Assembly: GCA_036630325.1 (NCBI GenBank)
Contig: CP142726.1
Coordinates: forward strand, 1,488,001-1,552,000
Direction of reading: 5' to 3'
DNA: 64,000 bases
Source of the DNA: Vairimorpha necatrix
Taxonomy: Eukaryota
The position numbers and the translations under genes were made by a program. Within the stretch, counting starts at the first letter, position 1, and the number at the start of each line of letters is the position of its first letter. The notes beneath the pieces were generated by a model. That model did no database searches and had not been told where the DNA came from. It was given only the letters and a program-made list of their open reading frames with translations. Shown here piece after piece: positions 55,492 through 64,000 of this stretch.

Positions 55492-56325
55492 TTAAATAAA
55501 TTTATATTTCAAAAAAAATCCTAACAACGTAAAAACAAATAAAACAAAAACCCCCAATGAAAATATCACAGTGTTATTGTGGAAATCATTAGAATTATTG
55601 GGGCAAGAAACAAGTAATGTTTGAGTTTCTTGATTGTTTTTGCTTTCGCTAATATCATCTTTTGAACATTTCCCACACGTATCATTTACATTACATTTTT
55701 CTAATAAAGATTGATGATTTTGAGAAATTTTCATTTCATTTTCAATTTTTTTATCTTGCATATAAGAATCAAGATTATTTAAAAGTTTTAAATCCAATGT
55801 TAGTAACTCCCTCGGTATTTCTGGTAAATCTAAACTTATCTGTTCGCTAAGCATTAGCAGACTAGAACTTGGAATAGTATTAAAGTAGAACGATTGAGAA
55901 TGGGCCCAGGTTATTTCTTTGGTTTTAGGATCATATAAAATAAAATCAAAATGTAATTTTTTACCTTTTGGTAATTTTAACTTGCATTCAAAATATTTTT
56001 CACTTTTGCAAAAATTTTTGCATAGTCTACTATCAGGAATCTTCAATCCAATTTCTTTAATTTTATCATATTCGTTGGGTGATACTTGAAAGAAAAGCTG
56101 TCCGTTGTCAAAAATTGTTTGAGCAATATTATTAGTGCTTTGGGGACTATTTGTTGCTTTATCCTTCAAACATAATGTCTCAGATAAAACTATTTGTATG
56201 GTATTCTTATCAGCTTTATTAGTAGCACCAATGTAGATCACACATTTGCCGTCTGCTTGATTTTTTATATGTAAAACATACAGACAAGATCCAAAAAGTA
56301 AATAAAAACATATTTTCTCGAACAT
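55492..56325 (-). CDS. Type-I membrane protein, family member 3
   Basis: CCCCAT-ATG; YLLFG, CVIYIG, WAHSQSF, C-terminal TM. Confidence 0.85.
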   Translation of the reverse strand: MFEKICFYLLFGSCLYVLHIKNQADGKCVIYIGATNKADKNTIQIVLSETLCLKDKATNSPQSTNNIAQTIFDNGQLFFQVSPNEYDKIKEIGLKIPDSRLCKNFCKSEKYFECKLKLPKGKKLHFDFILYDPKTKEITWAHSQSFYFNTIPSSSLLMLSEQISLDLPEIPRELLTLDLKLLNNLDSYMQDKKIENEMKISQNHQSLLEKCNVNDTCGKCSKDDISESKNNQETQTLLVSCPNNSNDFHNNTVIFSLGVFVLFVFTLLGFFLKYKFI

Positions 56326-56704
56326 ATGGGGCGAAGTAAAATCAAATTTATAAATAATAAATTTATTCGATTGTTTAATAAAAAATGCTAAACAAAATCA
56401 ATGCGAACTTGGTTTTTTTATGCATTACGCATATATATTTTTTTAAACATCTTCTTTCCGAATTAAATTCGAATAATTAAACTTAAAAATAATCTATGAG
56501 GTATTTACATGATATCTGATAAATTTAATCAATTAACTTTTAAAAAAAATTATAAATATTATTAAACATTAAAAAAGGTATTTTTGAACATTTTGAATAA
56601 TTTTATATAATCCAACGCAAATTAAAAAAATCAAACCTAATGTAGCAGTCGTATCCTTAATTATCAAATAAACAATTTTAATTTTTTAATAAAAGTTGAA
56701 TAGC

Positions 56705-57867
56705 ATTTTTACTTTAGCTCCCTTGTCAGTATAACACAAAATTTTTTAGTTTTAGCTCTAATTTTCCGAAGTCGAAACGGAAAAAATGAGGAATAGTAAA
56801 AATCAAAAAACAAAGTTGTAGAAAAATAGCATGTTTACTATAAATTAATAATTTCTTTTTTTGTTTTTTGATTTTTTTTTAATTATTCCTTCTTCCAATT
56901 ATTGATCAAAACTTATCTTTATTCTGTGCAATGTATAATAAAGATAAGTCTTGATCAATCTCTTTATAAACAAAATTATATAAGGTTTTCACATCGTAAT
57001 AAGCGACTTTTCTTAATAAATAAACACACATATTAATATATGATGCTTTACTTATAAGAAAAATTTTGCATATCATGTAAAATTGATCTATTAAGTGATT
57101 CAAAAATGCACAAAAGATATCAATATTAGGATCAGGTGTATAATACGACATATGACCCCCCAGTGGGCATAATAGAACATATCAAAAAAAATTTGCAGAT
57201 TTAGATATAAAATAAAAGATAAAATATTGATTTTTTTTATTCAAAAAAAACAGTAACCCAAGTAAAATAGTTAGAGTTCAGCTTCTGTATTTATCTTTAA
57301 ACATAATTTCATCAAAATAATATTGTAATACTTCTTTTTTGGATCATGTGTATAATACGACATAATATGTGGTATTATACACATGATTCTAAGAAAAGTA
57401 TTTTAAAATATGAATTACTCTTCAACTTGTAGATTCATTTTCATCTTCTTTTTAAAAAACAACAAGGTACCTCCAAGACATGGCAAATAAGTTTTTTCTT
57501 TATGAATTTCAATCAAATGACCTAATTCATAGGTCCTAATGACAAAAGTTGTTCCAATCTTGAGGTTCTGTTTCTCGTTTTTTTGAGTAAAGTAAAAAAT
57601 ATTTTTAATGGGTATTTTACGATATAATATGTCGTATAATAACCATGATCCAAATATTTTAACATCATTTGACAATAAAATCATTGAAATACTGAAAAGG
57701 ACCAAATTAATATACATATGCTTAAAAATAGCTAAATAACCTAGAATCTGCTTATGATAGCAAAAATGATTATAAACATGTTTTACAATAAAAAAAATTC
57801 AAAAAAAAGAATACAAATTTGAATGCTTTTAGACCCATATTTCGAATAATAACATTGTTTTAAAGGA
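56705..57867. repeat. Dispersed hairpin-bearing repeat, copy 2 (interrupted at 57129-57651)
   Basis: Aligns by eye with 11095-11500 and 12775-12980; 23-bp hairpin at 56901-56959. Confidence 0.75.
57129..57651. mobile_element. Putative GG-ended MITE with internal palindrome
   Basis: ~24-bp motif GGATCAKGTGTATAATACGACATA forward at 57129 and 57341, inverted at 57366-57389 and (more degenerate) ~57628-57651; flanks CAATATTA / AAATATTT match 6 of 8. Confidence 0.6.
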
Positions 57868-60800
57868 TTTAAAATCATGTTTTTTGTAAATATATATCAA
57901 ATTAGATCTTTATAAGACGATTTTTTTTACTATGTAGATTTTTGTTTATTCCCTTCCGCATTTGACGCTTCGCCTTCCGAAAAAAAAAAATTAAAAAATA
58001 ATTGTAATTTATTTGTGGAAGGGGATCAAAAAATATTAGGTCAATTTATGCTATATATTTATGTTAACGGTATTTATTACTTAAAATTATATAATATGCC
58101 TGTCATTTAATTTTATTTAATTTTATTTATTTTTATAGAACGACCTTATAAATATTACTCACATGAATCAATTGAACCTATATATCTAGAATTTTAAAAA
58201 AGCTAAAAGTATGCGTTGTTGCTTCTTTTTCGCTATATTTAACAGTTTACAAATTGTAGTAACGATACATGTATTCCTGTCGGAATACTTGGCTGTAAGA
58301 GAATATTTTTTTATTTAAAATTTTAGACTTTAAATACATAATGAATAGCGTAAATAGAAATATTATACCTATGTTTAAGCTTGAGTAGCGCATGATCAAT
58401 GAACTGTTAATTTTTAATTTTTCTTATAAACTAAATCAAAGACCACTGTTTAATTTAAATACTAAAATACATATTAAAGAAGTATAAAATAAATTTTTTT
58501 ACATTAAAACTAAATATGCAAAATATTTTGGGATTTTTCTAGCTTTTAAAAAAATAGTATACACATTTATGCTTCCCAAAAACAAAACAACTACTTAAAT
58601 ATCTTGATTTATTGAAACCTACGAATTAGCCCATTTTCAGCCCGTCTTGGTCTCCTTCTTTAATTTTTTTTATGAAATAAATCGAATGATAGGAAAACAT
58701 TGTACTTACTGATAATCACAAATATATTTGCAGTTTAAATCGATGTTAGAACATACTAAACAAAAGACAGATAAATAATAAGATGTTTTTTCCGTTTGCA
58801 AATTGAATAAACATAGTTAAATTTGTATTCCCAACATTTTACCATCTTAAAATACAATACAAAAACATTTCGATCATGTGTTGATAAAATAAGTATTAAA
58901 GAATAAGATTAATTCCTATCGCGCTTTATGTATATTGAATTTAACTACTTGGCATGGCATAAGTTACGAAAATGATTAGAATCTCATGCTCAACAAATTT
59001 CATCTATTAAAATCTTAGAATGATACGATAAAAACTAATAATTTATTTAATCCTGTTCTTATGTATGATCTTAAATGTATTCCTAGCGTCCAGATCTATG
59101 TGTATCGAAGTAATCTTATTTACTGATTTCGCAAGTAAAAAATTTTATCGGTAAGTACAAGTATTAATCTAAAAAAGATCAAATGATCATTCGTTCCAAT
59201 TTTATTCTATAATATTTTTAGAATTTGTTAAAATTTTTTTTTATATGCATCAATAATTAAATTTAAATAACCTCGCCGAGACAACAATAGATAGAACGAT
59301 GATACCATAGAGATAGAAAATAGGAGAGCTTTGAATATGTTTCTTAGGATTACTATCATCAATTTCTGAATAAAAAATGTAGGTAATTCAAAGTTGTTTC
59401 TATTTTTTCGATCAACATGTCCACTCACATCGCTTTAGTTTGGTTTGACAAATTCGGCCAAGCTTGAGCATTTTATATTAATTTTTTTTCCAAAATTTTT
59501 AATGATAAAACTATAAATATATATGACTGATTTGTTAACTTTTATTTATGTAAACTCAATAATAAACATGTCATCTTAACTATTAAGTGACATAAGACTT
59601 TGTAAGTTCTTTTTATTCTTTACTTCTTTTAAAATGTTATGACTAACCGATAAACATTTGTTGTTTAAATATGCAAAAATTGTGTCTAAATTCAATAAAA
59701 TAATTTTTAGATCAATTTTTCCTTTGCAACGCTCTTTACGAGAATAAGTATTTTCGTTTAAAACTATTTATTGGTTGTATGCCATCGAGACAGTAGTATT
59801 TCTCTTTTTAAACAGGATATACTCAAATACACAGCTTTTGTAATCTTCTGCAAATAAATACAACATTTATAGTATTTCACACTGTGTATAAAATTATCAC
59901 CGATTATGATGTTCGAACTTAGTTCTCGTATTTTTTATAAAGCGGTTAGAGTAATCTCGAATTTTGCAACTAATATTATGATATCGATAAGATAATGTCT
60001 GTATGTTGTTTTTTTAGAAAATCTAGAAATAGCGAGAAAATATCTTATTTCATCAATTTGAACTTCTCTGATATAAACCCAATGTATAAATCACGACGAT
60101 CAGATTTTCTGTGATTTACAAATAAACATAATTCACAGATAGTAAAAAAGTAAACACAAAAATAACTTACAAAACTCTGAAGATCGAACAAAATTCGAAT
60201 TCAAAACTAAATTAAATTGTCAATATTTCGGCAGATTATCATGAATACGTCTTAAAATTAAGTGTTTCCATTGAATCTACAAATTTTTCTTTTTTGGTTA
60301 AGTAATATCTAGTTTTTTTATGATTACCATGTCAATCAAAAAGCGTCAAATAGTTGTAGACTTCAGCCTTATATAATTACACATGTATAGATTAAAATAT
60401 AATTCAAAACATAATCGTGCATTATGCGGATTTATATTATCAGAGGGTATGATATACAAAAATCACCTTTATGTATATTATTGAACACATTTTTCAATTA
60501 CTCAAACTCAAAATTATTTAGGTACTTATACAAGTCAATATTTTTATAGATCTTCCCATGTGGCATTATAGATTTTATAGACAATGTAATCAAACCCAAT
60601 TATTACATCATATTCGATTACGATATATCAAAAGATTCGAAACAAGAAAATAGATTTAGGTTTAAAAAAAATACTATATAGTTTAGGTTAGTAAAACCTT
60701 TGAGAAAATTAAGTAGAGGTCTATATATTCCGTATAATGTACAGTCATTATGCAAAAAAAAAAGTTATAAACACGTCTCTTGACTAATTTTGCCAATTTT

Positions 60801-62314
60801 TGGGACATTTTTGTTGGGGCAGTTATTAGATTATTATAAGAATATGGTTTGCACATATTGTAATGTACTTTTTTTTGAAACAAAAAGAGAATTATGATAC
60901 TAACAATATTAGAGGTTTTATTGTAAAAATAAACGAGTATTTATATAATTAATGCGTTTTATTCCGTTTTTAAACTCGGTTGATATAAGATTATAAGCAA
61001 TGTGAAGGTGTAAGAATGCGTTAAAAAAAAATTAGTAGTTGGTAATTTGATTTAGTATAGTTGTCTCTTAAATTTTATATAAAACATTGAACCGATTTAC
61101 ATCTTCTATATATGTCTTCACTTAAAAAATGAAAAAACTAAATTTTTACTTAAACCAATGAACACTAGATACTAAAGAAATTTTTAGACTACCAGTAAAA
61201 ATGATCAATAATATTTGAGATACGCGATAAACCTGAGTTTGATAAGAACATAGTATCATATGTAATTGTACATCTAGGGAGGTTAATACACTTTGTAAGA
61301 TAAAGCATCATTTTTTATTTCATGTAAAAATGTCACATAATTTCCACAGAGACTGATATTTAATCATGATTTTAAAATAAGGCTTATTTTTGGTTTTTTT
61401 CTGACTTCTAATATATTCGAAAATTAGCTTTTTATTAACTTCTTATATTTATCTAAGGCTATTATTCGTATAATATCGTTAATTCTAGTTAGGTATTTAA
61501 ATAATGTTTTAAAAGATATATATACACGTTCGAGACTTCCTTATAATATTTTTATAAAATTATAAACTATTAACAAAATAATATAAGTTCTCGATTGTCA
61601 TGTATATGTACAATAGTGAATAACACAGCAAAATTATTGTATTAGACATATATGCATGATGCTTTAATAATATAAAATTTAGTTGAATAACAAATTAAGA
61701 TTATATGAATAATAATATAAAAATGCAAATATAACATTTTATTTTCTAATAAGAAATTGTCAACTGTAATAAATAAATATTTTAACACTAAAATATTTTA
61801 ACAATACAAATGTTGGATAATTATAATTTTATATGTTATTTGGTGGTAAATGACGAAACAAATCATAGCTGACTATATACAATATAGAAGCCATAATAAA
61901 CTACAAAAATTATATACTTAAAATATGAATATTCTCGAATGCTTGCACAATTCAAAATTATAAAGTATATAAAACAACACAAATAATAAATGTAAAATTA
62001 TAAAAAAGAAATGAGGTTACAACTATCTATATAGGTATTGAAATGTATCAAAAAACAATTTTATCGTAGAAAGCAATGAAAAAATACATATTCAATAATT
62101 TGAATTATAAGCCACGATCAAAATTATACGTGCTGCAAAGATTAAAATTTATCTGTACAAAAAAAAATGTGTGTTTTTCCTTTTTTTTGCTTTGTAGCGA
62201 GAAATTTTAATTATAAATATACGGAATAAAATAATTACGCAAGAATGAAAGCATGAAATGACCATTTTAATAGCAAATAAAAAAATATTATTTTTGCATA
62301 AAAAAAAAAATTAA

Positions 62315-63286
62315 TTACTTTTTATATTTAGAATAAATACATACTGAAAGTGCTGCTACTAAAAACATGATAACGTAGTGGTAATATCGCAATGAGCCTC
62401 CATAAGGGACATCGGGGGTTTTAGAATTATTGTTATTTGCACCACGATTTGATGAAGGTTCTGCATTTTTCTTGTTGTTATTGTTGTTTCCAGTTTTCAT
62501 ATTAACATTTGAATTGTTTAAATTTCTTTTTTCTGTTTTATTATGATTATGATCATTAATTGTACGTTGAAAATTATTTTGTTGATTATCATCACTAGAC
62601 TCGATATCCAACTCTGTTATCATATTTCCCCAGGACTTTATAGAAGATGAATTTATCAACTCATCTTGTAACAATAATTTTTTCTTGATTTTCTCATTCT
62701 TTATTTCTCTTAAAACGTTGGGAGTGTCTAAATCGCATTTTTTGTTTAAATATTCAATAATTCTATCTAGGCTCGATGCATCAATTTTTAAATCACATTT
62801 GTTTTGCCAGCACGAATTTTCAGAAATAAAATTCTTATCAAGAAACAACGGAGAGCTATGTGCCCATGAAACAGTGTTGGTTTTTGCATCATATAAAATA
62901 TATTCTAAAAAACAGGTTTTGTACTCATCACAGTTAAAACTACATTTAAAATATTTTACACTATCATTAAAATAATCACGCAGTTCGCTGTCTTGTATAT
63001 TTGAACCTAAAATTCGAAGTTTTTCATATTCTTTCATGTCTATAGGAATTAGAGGTAAACCAAATTCATTTACTAATGTTACAATATCTGCAACGTATGA
63101 GTTAGAATCAATTTTTATTTCCAAAATATTTAAATCATTAGAGAGAAAAATTTTGACTTCATCATATTCATCAACTTCTTTTGAAAATCCAACGTATCCA
63201 TCACAAACATTATTTTCTTTGTGATTTACAAAAAAAGTTATTTTACTGAAACCAAAAAGAAAATACAAAAATATTTTACAAACCAT
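62315..63286 (-). CDS. Type-I membrane protein, family member 4
   Basis: CCCTT-ATG; YFLFG, CDGYVG, ILYDAKT..SWAHS, N-rich stalk, C-terminal TM + KK. Confidence 0.85.
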   Translation of the reverse strand: MVCKIFLYFLFGFSKITFFVNHKENNVCDGYVGFSKEVDEYDEVKIFLSNDLNILEIKIDSNSYVADIVTLVNEFGLPLIPIDMKEYEKLRILGSNIQDSELRDYFNDSVKYFKCSFNCDEYKTCFLEYILYDAKTNTVSWAHSSPLFLDKNFISENSCWQNKCDLKIDASSLDRIIEYLNKKCDLDTPNVLREIKNEKIKKKLLLQDELINSSSIKSWGNMITELDIESSDDNQQNNFQRTINDHNHNKTEKRNLNNSNVNMKTGNNNNNKKNAEPSSNRGANNNNSKTPDVPYGGSLRYYHYVIMFLVAALSVCIYSKYKK

Positions 63287-64000
63287 AAGGGTTCAGATAA
63301 TTCGTTTTTTATATATTAAATTACAATATACATGACTTTGACGTCTTTTCAAATTTATGATTTTCGTAAAAAAAAACCGAAATTGTAATATATTTAATTT
63401 AACAAATGTCGAAAAATAAAAGAAAGCCTCTAGAAAGGCTTTATGATATGTTTAATTAACCTCAATATCTAAGTAAATACATATTACATATTACATATTT
63501 GTTATTTGTTAGTATTAAATATGCTACGAGAAGAAAATCTTGTTACAGACAATTCACTTTAATTTTTATTAACATTTATTGGGTTATACGTCAAATATTA
63601 ATTCTGATCAAAAACACCCCATAAATAAATTAACATTCTTTAGATCGCATATGTATAAAGATCAAAAAATTTAGACTTTTATCAAGAATAATTTCTAATC
63701 TCTGGATAATATTTATTTTGAACTTGAGGCTTTACTCTAGTAAAATAATGAACAGATGACATTTTTTTTTTATTTAAAAAATCAGAGGATTGCGTTATAT
63801 GTAATTATGTGCATGTAAGATAACAATTATAATAGTCAAAAGTTTCGATACTAGTTTTAATATTTTTATTTTACTAAAAGTATAAAATTAGATTTCATAG
63901 AAAATGAATTTTTTCATTTTTCTTTTACAAAAATAATCCACACGAAAGCATTATATTAATACGTTGGTTTGCATTGAATTTATATTCTTATAAGGAAATA

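Noticed and set aside
56906-57717. ORFs 56906..57151 and 57415..57717
   Set aside because: They straddle the repeat/MITE junctions, and the homologous repeat copy near 11.1-13 kb shows no equivalent ORFs in the track
53860-60883. Short ORFs at 53860, 54192, 59228 and 60683
   Set aside because: Under 70 aa, mostly non-ATG starts, no CCC context and no recognisable motifs

Overview
This is very AT-rich eukaryotic DNA from a microsporidian (Nosema/Vairimorpha-like). That call is inferred from the short, intron-free, highly divergent eukaryotic genes and the CCC/GGG motif just upstream of most ATGs. There are three zones. (1) 1-8 kb is gene-poor, with small minus-strand signal-peptide + TM genes and a non-LTR retrotransposon relic. 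(2) About 8-48.6 kb is a compact housekeeping core: E2, RPS11, TRM5, RING ligases, SLD5, homeobox, NAD(P)HX dehydratase, Pelota, RPD3, CCA1, TTC27-like, SEC18, YPT1, Cdc25, lipase, Sfp1-like and BiP, plus candidate minimal RNase H2C and Scc2. The core is interrupted by a nested transposon cluster (two Merlin/IS1595-like elements inside an older hairpin-bearing repeat, flanked by a duplicated secreted-protein gene). It also carries a 2,423-bp LTR element with identical, hairpin-packed 226-bp LTRs and one open Gag-protease-dead-RT frame with no RNase H or integrase. (3) 48.6-64 kb is gene-poor again, with a four-member type-I membrane protein family (one pseudogene) and a second copy of the hairpin repeat that carries a different GG-ended insertion at about the same site. 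Best novel-system candidates: the young non-autonomous Gag-encoding LTR element with structured LTRs, and the hairpin repeat that appears to be a Merlin landing site. Protein assignments come from motif recognition by eye; no database searches were run.
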